Source: Squalus acanthias (lineage: Eukaryota). From it: a stretch of DNA of 64,000 nt. Below are positions 30,001 to 45,000 of the stretch, piece after piece; the stretch's first letter is position 1, and each line of letters opens with the position of its first letter. Under the pieces are notes generated by a model. That model saw nothing but the letters and a program-made list of their open reading frames with translations, was not told the origin of the DNA and made no database searches. Position numbers and translations under genes: made by a program. The DNA lies in contig CM059432.1 of assembly GCA_030390025.1 (NCBI GenBank), positions 142,974,001-143,038,000 on the forward strand, written 5' to 3'.

Positions 30001-33000
30001 TGATCTGTACAAACAGTTCCAGACTATTCTAGTTCTGATCTCGACACGCAGTTCCAGAATATTCTAGTCCTGACCTGTTCACATAGTTCCAGATTATTCT
30101 TGTTTTGATCATTACACACAATTCTAGATTATTCTGGTACTGGACTGCATATAAAGTGCCATATTATTCTAGTCCTGATTTGTACACACCATTCCAGATT
30201 ATTCTAGTCCTGATGTGTACACACAGTTCCAGATTATTCTAATCCTGATCTATACACACAGTTCCAGATTATTTCTAGTCCTGATTGTACACACAGTTCA
30301 GATTATTCTAGTCCTGATCTGAACACACAGTTCCAGATTTATTATAGTCTGATCTGTACACACAGTTCCAGAATATTCTAGTCCTGATCTGTACAACAGT
30401 TCCAGATTATTCTAGTCCTGATCTGTACACACAGTTCCAGATTATTCTATTCCTGATCTGTACACACAGTTCCAGATTATTCTAGTCTGATCTTTACAAA
30501 CAGTTCCAGAATATTCTAGTCCTGATCTGTACACACAGTTCCAGAATATTCTCGTCCTGATCTGTACACAAGTTCCAGATTATTCTAGTTCTGATCATTA
30601 CACACAGTTCCAGATTATTCTAGTCCTGATCTGTACACACAGTTCCAGATTATTCTAGTCCTGATCTGCATACACAGTTCCAGATTATTCTAGTCCTGAT
30701 CTCTATACACAGTTCCAGATTATTCTAGTCCTGATCTGTACACACAGTTCCAGATTTTTATAGTCCTAATCTGTACACCCAGACCAAGTTTATTCTAGTC
30801 CTGATCTATACACAAAGTTGAAGATTATTTAGTCCTGATCTGTACACACAGTTCCAGAATATTCTAGTCCTGATCTGTACACACAGTTCCAGATTATTCT
30901 ATTCGGATTTCTACACACAGTTCCAGAATATTCTAGTTCTGATCTGTACACATAGTTCCAGATTATTCTTGTTTGATCATTACACACAGTTCCAGATTAT
31001 TCTCGTCCTGATCTGTACACACAGTTCCAGAATATTCTAGTCCTGATCTGAACACACAGTTCCAGAATATTCTAGTCCTGATCTCTAGACACAGTTCCAG
31101 ATTATTCTAGTCCTGATCTGAACACACAGTTCCAGATTATTCTAGTCCTGATGTGTACACACAGTTCCAGATTATTCTAGTTCTGATCTCTATATACTTT
31201 TCCAGATATTCAATGCTGATCTGTGCACACAGTTCCAGATTATTCTAGTCCTGCTCTCTACACACAGTTCCAGAATATTCTAGTCCTGATTAGAGCACAC
31301 AGTTCCAGATTATTCTAGTACTGATCTGTACACACATGTTCCAGATTATTCTTGTCCTGATCTGTACATACAGATCCAGATTATTCTAGTCCTGATCTTG
31401 AACATGCAGTTCCAGTTTATTCTCATCCTGATCACTCACACAGTTCAAGATTATTCCAGTCTGATCTGTACACACAGGTTCCAGATTATTCTAGTCCTGA
31501 TCTGTACACAAGTTTCCAGAATATTCTAGTCCTGATCTGTACACACAGTTCCAGATTATTCTAGTCCTGATCTGTACACACAGTTCCAGAATATTCTAGT
31601 CCTGATCTGTACACACAGTTCCAGATTATTCTAGTCTGATCTGTACACACAGTTCTAGAATACTCTAAGTCTGATCTGTACAAACAGTGCCAGATTATTC
31701 TAGCACTGACCTTTGCACACAGTTCCAGATAATTCTAGACCTGACCTGTACACACAGTTCCAGATTATTCTAGTCCTCATCTGTATACACAGTTCCAGAT
31801 TATTCTAGTCCTGATCTGTACACACAGTTCCAGATTATTCTAGTCCTGATCTGAACACACAGTTCCAGATTATTCTAGTCCTGAACTGTACACACAGTTC
31901 CAGATTATTCTAGTCCTGATGTGTACACACAGTTCCAGATTATTCTACTCCTGATCTGTACATGCAGTTCTAGTTTATTCCCATCCTGATATAACACACA
32001 GTTCCAGATTATTCCAGTCCTGATCTGTACACACAGTTCCAGATTATTCTAGTCCTGATCTGTACACACAGTTCCAGATTATTCTAGTCCTGATCTGTAC
32101 ACACATTTCCAGAATATTCTAGTCCTGATCTGTACAAACAGTTCCAGATTATTCTAGTTCTGATCTCTACACACAGTTCCAGAATATTCTAGTCCTGATC
32201 TGTACACATAGTTCCAGATTATTCTTGTTTTGATCATTACACACAGTTCTAGATTATTCTAGTCCTGATCTGAACACACAGTTCCAGATTATTCTAGTCC
32301 TGATCTGCACACACAGTTCCAGATTATTCTAATCCTGATCTGTACACACAGTTCCAGTTTATTCTAATCCTGATCTGTACACACAGTTCTAGATTATTCT
32401 AGTACTGATCTGTACACACAGTTCCAGATTATTCTAGTCCTGATCTGTACACACAGTTCCAGATTATTCTAGATCTGATCTCTACACACAGTTCCAGATT
32501 ATTCTAGTCCTGATCTGTACACACAGTTCCAGATTATTCTAGTCCTGATCTGTACACACTGTTCCAGATTATTCTAGTCCTGATCTGTACACACAGTTCC
32601 AGATTATTCTAGTCCTGATCTGTACACACAGTTCAGATTATTCTTGTTCTGATCTGTACACACAGTTCTAGATTATTCTAATCCTGAGCTGTACACACAG
32701 TTCCAGATTATTCTAGTCCTGATCTGCATACACAGTGCCAGATTATTCTAGCCCTGACCTTTGCACACAGTTCCAGATAATCCTAGTCCTGATCTGTACA
32801 CACAGTTCCAGAATATTCTAGTCCTGTTCTGTACACACAGTTCCAGATTATTCTAGTCCTGATCTGTATACACAGTCCCAGAATATTCTAGTCCTGATCT
32901 GTACACACATTTCCAGTATATTCTAGTCCTGATCTGTAAACGCAGTTCCAGATTATTGTAGTCCTGATGTGTACGCATAGTTCCAGATTATTCTAGTTTT

Positions 33001-36000
33001 GATCTCTATACACAGATCCAGAATATTCTAGTCCTGATATGTACACACAGTTCCAGAATATTCTAGTCATGATCTGTACACACAGTTCCAGATTATTCTA
33101 GTCCTGATCTGTACATACAGTTCCAGAATATTCTGGTCCTGATCTGTACACATTGTTCCACATAATTATTGTTTTGATCATTACACACAGTTCCAGATTA
33201 TTCTAGTCCTGACTTGTACACACGTTTCCAGAATATTCTTGTCCTGATCTGTACACACAGTTCCAGATTATACTAGTCCTGATCTGTACACACAGTTCCA
33301 GATTATTCTAGTCCTGATCTGAACACACTGTTCCAGATTATTCTAGTCCTGATCTGTACACAATGTTCCAGATTATTGTAGTCCAGATCTGTACAAACAG
33401 TTCCAGACTATTCTAGTTCTGATCTCGACCCGCAGTTCCAGAATATTCTAGTCCTGATCAGTACACATAGTTCCAGATGATTCTTGTTGTGATCATTACA
33501 CACAGTTCTTGATTATTCTGGTACTGGACTGCATATAAAGTGCCCGATTATTCTAGTCCTGATCTGTACACACCGTTCCAAATTATTTTAATCCTGATGT
33601 GTACACACAGTTCCAGATTATTCTAATCCAGATCTGTACACACAGTTCCAGATTATTTTAGTCGTGCTCTGTACACAGAGTTCAACATTATTCTAGTCCT
33701 GATCTGTACACACAGTTCCAGATTATTATAGTTCTGATCTGTACACAGAGTTCCAGATTATTCTAGTCCTGATCTGTACACACAGTTCCAGATTATTCTA
33801 GTCCTGATCTGTACACACATTTCCAGTATATTCTAGTCCTGATCTGTAAACGCAGTTCCAGATTATTCTAGTCCTGATCTGTACACACAGTTCCAGATTA
33901 TTGTAGTTTTGATCTCTACACACAGTTCCAGATTATTCTCATCCTGATATGTACGCATAGTTCCAGAATATTCTTGTTTTGATCATTGCACACAGTTCCA
34001 GATTATTCTCGTCCTGATCTGTACACACAGTTCCGGATTAATCTAGTCCTGATCTTCCTACAGAGTTCCAGATTTTTCTAGTCCTGATCTCTATACACTG
34101 TTCCAGATTATTCTAGTCCTGATCTGTACACACAGTTCCAGATTTTTATAGTCCAAATCTGTACACCCAGACCAAGTTTATTCTAGTCCTGATCTATACA
34201 CAAAGTTGAAGATTATTTTAGTCCTGATCTGTACACACAGTTCCAGAATATTCTAGTCCTGATCTGTACACACAGTTCCAGATTATTCTAATTCGGATTT
34301 CTACACACAGTTCCAGAATATTCTAGTTCTGATCTGTACACATAGTTCCAGATTATTCTTGTTTTGATCATTGCACACAGTTCCAGATTATTCTCGTCCT
34401 GATCTGTACACACAGTTCCAGAATATTCTAGTCCTGATCTGAACACACAGTTCCAGAATATTCTAGTCCTGATCTCTAGACACAGTTCCAGAATATTCTA
34501 GTCCTGATCAGAGCACACAGTTCCAGATTATTCTAGTCCTGATGTGTACACACAGTTCCAGATTATTCTAGTTCTGATCTCTATATACTTTTCCAGGTTA
34601 TTCAATGCTGATCTGTACACACAGTTCCAGATTATTCTAGTTCAGCTCTCTATACACAGTTCCAGAATATTCTAGTCCTGATTAGAGCACACAGTTCCAG
34701 ATTATTCTAGTACTGATCTGTACACACGTTTCCAGATTATTCTTGTCCTGATGTGTACATACAGATTCAGATTATTCTACTCCGAATCTGTACATGCAGT
34801 TCCAGTTTATTCTCATCCTGATATAACACACAGTTCAAGATTATTCCAGTTCTGATCTGTACACACGGTTCCAGATTATTCTAGTCCTGATCTGTACACA
34901 CGTTTCCATAATATTCTAGTCCTGATCTGTACACACAGTTCCAGATTATTCTAGTCCTGATCTGTACACACAGTTCCAGAATATTCTAGTCCTGATCTGT
35001 ACACACAGTTCCAGATAATTATGGTTTTGATCATTACACACAGTTCTAGAATACTCTAATTCTGATCTGTACAAACAGTGCCAGATTATTCTAGCACTGA
35101 CCTTTGCACACAGTTCCAGATAATTCTGGACCTGACCTGTACACACAGTTCCAGCTTATTCTAGTCCTCATCTGGATACACAGTTCCAGATTATACTAGT
35201 CCTGATCTGTACACACAGTTCCAGATTATTCTAGTCCTGATCTGAACACACAGTTCCAGATTATTCTAGTCCTGAACTGTACACACAGTTCCAGATTATT
35301 CTAGTCTTGATGTGTACACACAGTCCCAGTTTATTCTACTCCTGATCTGTACATGCAGTTCCAGTTTATTCTGATCCTGATATAACACACAGTTCCAGAT
35401 TATTCCAGTCCTGATCTCTACACACAGTTCCAGATTATTCTAGTCCTGATCTGTACACACAGTTCCAGATTATTCTAGTCCTGATCTGTACACACGTTTC
35501 CAGAATATTCTAGTCCGGATCTGTACAAACAGTACCAGACTATTCTAGTTCTGATCTCTACCCACAGTTCCAGAATATTCGTGTCCTGATCTGTACACAT
35601 AGTTCCAGATTATTCTTGTTTTGATCATTACACACAGTTATAGATTATTCTGGTACTGGACTGAATACAAAGTGCCATATTATTGTAGTCCTGATCTGCA
35701 CACACCGTTCCAAATTATTCTAATCCTGATGTGTACACACAGTTCCAGGTTATTCTAATCCTGATCTGTACTCACAGTTCTAGATTATTTCAGTACTGAT
35801 ATGTACACACAGTTCAACATTATTCTAGTCCTGATCTGTACACACAGTTCCAGATTATTATAGATCTGATCTCTACACACAGTTCCAGAATATTCTAGTC
35901 CTGATCTGTACACACAGTTCCAGATAATTCTAGTCCTGATCTGTACACGCAGTTCCAGATTATTCTAGTCCTGATCTGTACACACAGTTCCAGATTAATC

Positions 36001-39000
36001 TAGTCCCGATCTGTACACATAGATGCAGATAATTCTTGTTTTGATCATTACACACAGTTCTAGATTATTCTAATCCTGAGCTGTACACACAGTTCCAGAT
36101 TATTCTACTCCTGATCTGTACATGCAGTTCCAGTTTATTCTGATCCTGATATAACACACAGTTCCAGATTATTCCAGTCCTGATCTCTACACACAGTTCC
36201 AGATTATTCTAGTCCTGATCTGTACACACAGTTCCAGATTATTCTAGTCCTGATCTGTACACACGTTTCCAGAATATTCTAGTCCGGATCTGTACAAACA
36301 GTACCAGACTATTCTAGTTCTGATCTCTACCCACAGTTCCAGAATATTCGTGTCCTGATCTGTACACATAGTTCCAGATTATTCTTGTTTTGATCATTAC
36401 ACACAGTTATAGATTATTCTGGTACTGGACTGAATACAAAGTGCCATATTATTGTAGTCCTGATCTGCACACACCGTTCCAAATTATTCTAATCCTGATG
36501 TGTACACACAGTTCCAGGTTATTCTAATCCTGATCTGTACTCACAGTTCTAGATTATTTCAGTACTGATATGTACACACAGTTCAACATTATTCTAGTCC
36601 TGATCTGTACACACAGTTCCAGATTATTATAGATCTGATCTCTACACACAGTTCCAGAATATTCTAGTCCTGATCTGTACACACAGTTCCAGATAATTCT
36701 AGTCCTGATCTGTACACGCAGTTCCAGATTATTCTAGTCCTGATCTGTACACACAGTTCCAGATTAATCTAGTCCCGATCTGTACACATAGATGCAGATA
36801 ATTCTTGTTTTGATCATTACACACAGTTCTAGATTATTCTAATCCTGAGCTGTACACACAGTTCCAGATTATTCTAGTCCTGATCTGCATACACAGTGCC
36901 AGATTATTCTAGCCCTGACCTTTGCACACAGTTCCAGATAATCCTAGTCCTGATCTGTACACACAGTTCCAGAATATTCTAGTCCTGTTCTGTACACACA
37001 GTTCCAGATTATTCTAGTCCTGATCTGTATACACAGTCCCAGAATATTCTAGTCCTGATCTGTACACACATTTCCAGTATATTCTAGTCCTGATCTGTAA
37101 ACGCAGTTCCAGATTATTGTAGTCCTGATCTGTACGCATAGTTCCAGATTATTCTAGTTTTGATCTCTATACACAGATCCAGAATATTCTAGTCCTGATA
37201 TGTACACACCGTTCCAGAATATTCTAGTCATGATCTGTACACACAGTTCCAGATTATTATAGTCCTGATCTGTACATACAGTTCCAGAATATTCTGGTCC
37301 TGATCTGTACACATTGTTCCACATAATTATTGTTTTGATCATTACACACAGTTCCAGATTATTCTAGTCCTGACTTGTACACACGTTTCCAGAATATTCT
37401 TGTCCTGATCTGTACACACAGTTCCAGATTATACTAGTCCTGATCTGTACACACAGTTCCAGATTATTCTAGTCCTGATCTGAACACACTGTTCCAGATT
37501 ATTCTAGTCCTGATCTGTACACAATGTTCCAGATTATTGTAGTCCAGATCTGTACAAACAGTTCCAGACTATTCTAGTTCTGATCTCGACCCGCAGTTCC
37601 AGAATATTCTAGTCCTGATCAGTACACATAGTTCCAGATGATTCTTGTTGTGATCATTACACACAGTTCTTGATTATTCTGGTACTGGACTGCATATAAA
37701 GTGCCCGATTATTCTAGTCCTGATCTGTACACACCGTTCCAAATTATTTTAATCCTGATGTGTACACACAGTTCCAGATTATTCTAATCCAGATCTGTAC
37801 ACACAGTTCCAGATTATTTTAGTCGTGCTCTGTACACAGAGTTCAACATTATTCTAGTCCTGATCTGTACACACAGTTCCAGATTATTATAGTTCTGATC
37901 TGTACACAGAGTTCCAGATTATTCTAGTCCTGATCTGTACACACAGTTCCAGATTATTCTAGTCCTGATCTGTACACACATTTCCAGTATATTCTAGTCC
38001 TGATCTGTAAACGCAGTTCCAGATTATTCTAGTCCTGATCTGTACACACAGTTCCAGATTATTGTAGTTCTGATCTCTATACACAGATCCAGAATATTCT
38101 AGTCCAGATATGTACACACAGTTCCAGAATATTCTAGTCCTGATCTGTACACACAGTTCCAGATAATTCTTGTTTTGCTCATTACACACAGTTCTAGATT
38201 ATTCTAATCCTGAGCTGTACACACAGTTCCTGATAATTCTAGTCCTGATCTGCATACACAGTGTCAGATTATTCTAGCACTGACCTTTGCACACAGTTCC
38301 AGATAAGTCTAATCCTGATCTGTACAAACAGTTTCAGAATATTCTAGGCCTGATCTGTACACACAGTTCCAGATTTTTCTAGTCCTAATCTGTACACACG
38401 GTTCCAGAATATTCTAGTCCTGATCTGTACACATTGTTCCAGATAATTGTTGTTTTGATCATGACACACAGTTCTATATTATTCTAATCCTGAGCTGTAC
38501 ACATAGTTGCAGATTATTCTAATCCTGATCTGTACACACAGTTCCAGATTATTCTAGTCCTGATCTGTATACATAGTTCCAGATTATTCTTGTTTTGATC
38601 ATTACACACAGTTCTAGGTTATTCTAGTCCTGATCTGCACAAACATTTCTGGATTATTCTAACACTGATTTGTTCACACATTTCCAATTTATTCTAGACC
38701 TGATATTTACACAAAGTACCAGGTTATTCTAGTTTTGATCTCTACACACAGTTCCAAAAATATTCTCGTCCTGATATGGACGCATAGTTCCAGTTTATTC
38801 TTGTTTTGATCGGTACACACTATTCTAGATTATTCCTGTCCTGATCTGTACACAGAGTTCCAGATTAATCTAGTCCTGATCTGCCTACAGAGTTCCAGAT
38901 TATTCCAGTCGTGATCTGTACACACAGTTCCAGAATATTCTAGTCCTGATCTGTACACATAGATGCAGATAATTCTTGTTTTGATCATTACACACAGTTC

Positions 39001-42000
39001 TAGATTATTCTAAGCCTGAGCTGTACACACAGATTATTCTAGTCCTGATCTGCATACACAGTACCAGATTATTCTAGTCCTGATCTGTACAAATAGTTCC
39101 AGAATATTCTAGTCCTGATCTGTACACACAGTTCCAGATAATTCTAGTCCTGATCTGTACACACAGTTCCAGTTTATTCTAGTCCTTATCCGTACACATA
39201 GTTCCATTTTATTCTAGTCCTTATCGGTACACACAGTTCTAGATTATTCTAGTCCTGATCTGTACAACATTTCCAGGTTCTTCTAGTCCTGATCTGTACA
39301 CACAGTTCCAGATTATTCTACTTCTGATCTCTATACACAGTTCCAGAATATTCTAGCCCTGATTAGAGCACACAGTTCCAGATTATTCTAGTCCTGATCT
39401 GTACACACAGTTCGATATTATTCTAGTCCTGATCTGTATACACATTATTAGGTTACTCTAGTAATGATCTCTGTAAACAGTTCCAGCATATTCTAGTCCT
39501 GATCGGAGCACACAGTTCCAGAGTATTCTAGTCCTGATGTGTATGCACAGTTCCAGATTATTCTACTCATAATCTGTACATGCAGTTGCAGTTTATTCTC
39601 ATCCTGATACAACTCACAGTTCCAGATTATTCCAGTCCTGATCTGTACACACGGTTCCAGAATATTCTAGTCCTGATCTGTACACATTGTTCCAGATAAT
39701 TGTTGTTTTGATCATGACACACAGTTCTATATTATTCTAATCCTGAGCTGTACACATAGTTGCAGATTATTCTAATCCTGATCTGTACACACAGTTCCAG
39801 ATTATTCTAGTCCTGATCTGTACATACAGTTCCAGATTATTCTAGTCCTGCTCTGTATACATAGTTCCAGATTATTCTTGTTTTGATCATTACACACAGT
39901 TCTAGGTTATTCTAGTCCTGATCTGCACAAACATTTCTGGATTATTCTAACACTGATTTGTTCACACATTTCCAATTTATTCTAGACCTGATATTTACAC
40001 AAAGTACCAGGTTATTCTAGTTTTGATCTCTACACACAGTTCCAAAAATATTCTCGTCCTGATATGGACGCATAGTTCCAGTTTATTCTTGTTTTGATCG
40101 GTACACACTATTCTAGATTATTCCTGTCCTGATCTGTACACAGAGTTCCAGATTAATCTAGTCCTGATCTGCCTACAGAGTTCCAGATTATTCCAGTCGT
40201 GATCTGTACACACAGTTCCAGAATATTCTAGTCCTGATCTGTACACATAGATGCAGATAATTCTTGTTTTGATCATTACACATAGTTCTAGATTATTCTA
40301 ATCCTGAGCTGTACACACAGTTCCAGATTATTCTAGTCCTGATCTGCATACACAGTACCAGATTATTCTAGCACTGACCTTTGCACACAGTTCCAGATAA
40401 ATCTAGTCCTGATCTGTACACACAGTTCCAGAATATTCTAGTCCTGATCTGTACACACAGTTCCAGATTATTCTAGTCCTGATCTGTACACACATTTGCA
40501 GAATATTCTAGTCCTGATCTGTACACATTGTTCCAGATAATTCTTGTTTTGATTATTACACACGTTTCTAGATTATTCTAATCCTGAGCTGTACACATAG
40601 TTGCAGATTATTCTCGTCCTGATCTATACAAACATTTCTGAATTATTCCAACACTGATTTGTTCACACATTTCCAGTTTATTCTAGTCCTGATTTTTACA
40701 TGCAGTACCAGGTTATTCTAGCTTTGATCTCTGCACAAAGTTCCACAATATTCTCGTCCTGATATGTACGCATAGTTCCAGTTGATTCTTGTTTTGATTG
40801 GTAGACGCTATTCTAGATTATTCCAGTCCTGATCTGTACACAGAGTTCCAGATTATTCTAGTCGTGATCTGTACACACAGTTCCAGATTATTCTAGCACT
40901 GACCTTTGCACACAGTTCCAGATAATTCTAGTCCTGATCTGTACACAGAGTTCCAGATTATTCTAGTCCTGATCTGTACACACAGTTCCAGATTATTCTA
41001 GTCCTGATCTGTACACACAGTTCCAGATTTTTCTAGTCCTGATCTGTACACCCAGTCCAAGTTTATTCTAGTCCTGATCTGTACACACAGTTCCAGATTA
41101 TTCTAGTCCTGATCTGTACATAGAGTTGCAGATTATTCTAATTCGGATCTCTACAAACAGTTCCAGAATATTCTAGTTCTGATCTGTACACATAGTTCCA
41201 GATTATTCTTGTTTTGATCATTGCACACAGTTTGAGATTATTCTAGTCCTGATCTGTACATTCAGTTCCATATTATTCTAGTCCTGATCTATACACACAG
41301 TTCCAGGTTATTCTCGTCCTGATCTGTACACACAGTTCCAGAATATTCTAGTCCTGATCTGAACACACCGTTCCAGAATATTCTAGTCCTGATCTGAACA
41401 CACTGTTCCAGATTATTCTAGTCCTGATGTATACACACAGTTCCAGATTATTCTAGTTCTGATCTCTATATACTGTTCCAGGTTATTCTAGTCCTGATCT
41501 TTACACACAGTTCCAGATTATTATACTTCTGATCTCTATACACAGTTCCAGAGTATTCTAGTCCTGATTAGAGCACACAGTTCCAGATTATTCTAGTCCT
41601 GCTCTGTACACACAGTTCCAGATTAATCTAGTCCTGATCTGTACACACATTACTAGGTTACTCTAGTTCTGATCTCTATAAACAGTTCCAGCATATTCTA
41701 GTCTTGATCTGAGCACACAGTTGCAGATTATTCTAGTCCTGATGTGTACGCACATTTCCAGATTATTCTACTCCTAATCTGTACATGCAGTTCCAGTTTA
41801 TTCTCATGCTGATATAACACACAGTTCCAGATTATTCCAGTCCTGATCTGTACACACGGTTCCAGATTATTCTAGTCCTGATCTGTACACACGTTTCCAT
41901 AATATTCTAGTCCTGATCTGTACACACAGTTCCAGATTTTTCTAGTCTTGATCTGCATACACAGTGCCAGATTATTCTAGCACTGTCCTTTGCACACAGT

Positions 42001-45000
42001 TCCAGATAATTCTTGTCCTGATCTGTACACACAGTTCCAGAATATTCTAGTCCTGTTCTGTACACACAGTTCCAGATTATTCTAGTCCTGATCTGTACAC
42101 ACATTTCCAGTATCTTCTAGTCCTGATCTGTACACGCAGTTCCAGATTATTCTAGTCCTGATCTGTACACACAGTTCCAGATTATTCTAGTTCTGATCTC
42201 TATACACAGATCCAGAATATTCCATTCCAGATATGTACACACTGTTCCAGAATATTCTAGTCCTGATCTGTACACACAGTTCCAGATAATTCTTGTTTTG
42301 CTCATTACACACAGTTCTAGATTATTCTAATCCTGAGCTGTACACACAGTTCCTGATAATTCTAGTCCTGATCTGCATACACAGTGTCAGATTAATCTAG
42401 CACTGACCTTTGCACACAGTTCCAGATAAATCTAATCCTGATCTGTACAATCAGTTTCAGAATATTCTAGTCCTGATCTGTACACACAGTTCCAGATTTT
42501 TCTAGTCCTAATCTGTACACACAGTTCCAGAATATTCTAGTCCTGATCTGTACACATTGTTCCAGATAATTGTTGTTTTGATCATGACACACAGTTCTAT
42601 ATTATTCTAATCCTGAGCTGTACACATAGCTGCAGATTATTCTAGTCCTGATCTGTACACACAGTTCCAGATTATTCTAGTCCTGATCTGTACATACAGT
42701 TCCAGATTATTCTAGTCCTGCTCTGTACACATAGTTCCAGATTATTCTTGTTTTGATCATTACACACAGTTCTAGGTTATTCTAGTCCTGATCTGCACAA
42801 ACATTTCTGGATTATTCTAACACTGATTTGTTCACACATTTCCAGTTTATTCTAGTCCTGATTTTTACACAAAGTACCAGGTTATTCTAGTTTTGATCTC
42901 TACACACAGTTCCAAAAATATTCTCGTCCTGATATGGACGCATAGTTCCAGTTTATTCTTGTTTTGATCGGTACACACTATTCTAGATTATTCCTGTCCT
43001 GATCTGTACACAGAGTTCCAGATTAATCTAGTCCTGATCTGCCTACAGAGTTCCAGATTATTCCAGTCGTGATCTGTACACACAGTTCCAGAATATTCTA
43101 GTCCTGATCTGTACACATAGATGCAGATAATTCTTGTTTTGATCATTACACACAGTTCTAGATTATTCTAACCTGAGCTGTACACACAGATTATTCTAGT
43201 CCTGATCTGCATACACAGTACCAGATTATTCTAGTCCTGATCTGTACACATAGTTCCAGAATATTCTAGTCCTGATCTGTACACACAGTTCCAGATTATT
43301 CTAGTCCTGATCTGTACACACAGTTCCAGTTTATTCTAGTCCTTATCCGTACACATAGTTCCATTTTATTCTAGTCCTTATCGGTACACACAGTTCTAGA
43401 TTATTCTAGTCCTGATCTGTACAACATTTCCAGGTTCTTCTAGTCCTGATCTGTACACACAGTTCCAGATTATTCTACTTCTGATCTCTATACACAGTTC
43501 CAGAATATTCTAGCCCTGATTAGAGCACACAGTTCCAGATTATTCTAGTCCTGATCTGTACACACAGTTCGATATTATTCTAGTCCTGATCTGTATACAC
43601 ATTATTAGGTTACTCTAGTAATGATCTCTGTAAACAGTTCCAGCATATTCTAGTCCTGATCGGAGCACACAGTTCCAGAGTATTCTAGTCCTGATGTGTA
43701 TGCACAGTTCCAGATTATTCTACTCATAATCTGTACATGCAGTTGCAGTTTATTCTCATCCTGATACAACTCACAGTTCCAGATTATTCCAGTCCTGATC
43801 TGTACACACGGTTCCAGATTATTCTAGTCCTGATCTGTACACACGTTTCCATAATATGCTAGTCCTGATCTGTACACACAGTTCCAGAGTATGCAATCCT
43901 GATCTGTACACACAGTTCCAGATTATTCTAGTCCTGATCTGAACACACAGTTCCAGATTATTCTAGTCCTGATCTGTACACGCTGTTCCAGATTATTCTA
44001 GTCCTGATCTGTACAAACAGTTCCAGATTATTATAGTTCTGATCTCTACACACAGTTCCAGAATATTCTAGTCCTGATCTGTACACACAGTTCCAGATAA
44101 TTCTAGTCCTGATCTGTACACGCAGTTGCAGATTATTCTAGTCCTGATCTGTGCACACAGTTCCAGATTATTCTAGTCCTGATCTGTACACACAGTTCCA
44201 GAATATTCTAGTCCTGATCTGTACAGACAGTTTCAGATTATTCTAGTCCTGATCTGTAAACACAGCTCCAGAATATTCTAGTCCTGATATGTACACATTG
44301 TTCCCGATAATACTGTTTTTATCATTACTCCATGTTCTAGATTATTGGAATCCTAAACTGTGCACATAGTACCAGATTATTCTAGTCCTGATCTGTACAC
44401 ACAGTTCCAGATTATTCTAGTTCTGATCTCTACAAACAGTTCCAGAATATTCTAGTCCTGATCGGTACACATAGTTCCAGATTATTCTTGTTTTGATCAT
44501 TACACACAGTTCTAGGTTATTCTAGTCCTGATCGGTACAAACATTTCTAGATTATGCTAACACTGATTTGTTCACACATTTCCAGTTTATTCTAGTCCTG
44601 ATTTTTACACGCAGTACCAGGTTATTCTAGTTTTGATCACTACACAAATTTCCACAATATTCTAGTCCTGATCTGTACACACTGTTCCAGATTATTCTAG
44701 TCCTGATCTGTACATACAGGTCCAGATTATTCTAGTCCTGATCTGTACACAAAGTTGAAGATTATTCTACTCCTGATCTGTACTCACAGTTCCAGATTAT
44801 TCTAGTCCTGATCTGCATAGAGAGTTCCAGATTATTCTAGTCGTGATCTGTATACACTGTTCCAGATTATTCTAGCACTGACCTTGGCACACAGTTCCAG
44901 ATAATTCTAGTCCTGATCTGTACACACAGTTCCAGATTATTCTAGTCCTGATCTATACACACAGTTCCAGATTATTCTCGTCCTGATCTGTACACACAGT

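Noticed and set aside
847..42104. Eleven short minus-strand ORFs (62-76 aa; LELCVQIRTRIIWNCVYRSGLE...)
   Set aside because: They are translations of the satellite cycling through frames (35 is not a multiple of 3), mostly with non-ATG starts and no coding signal.
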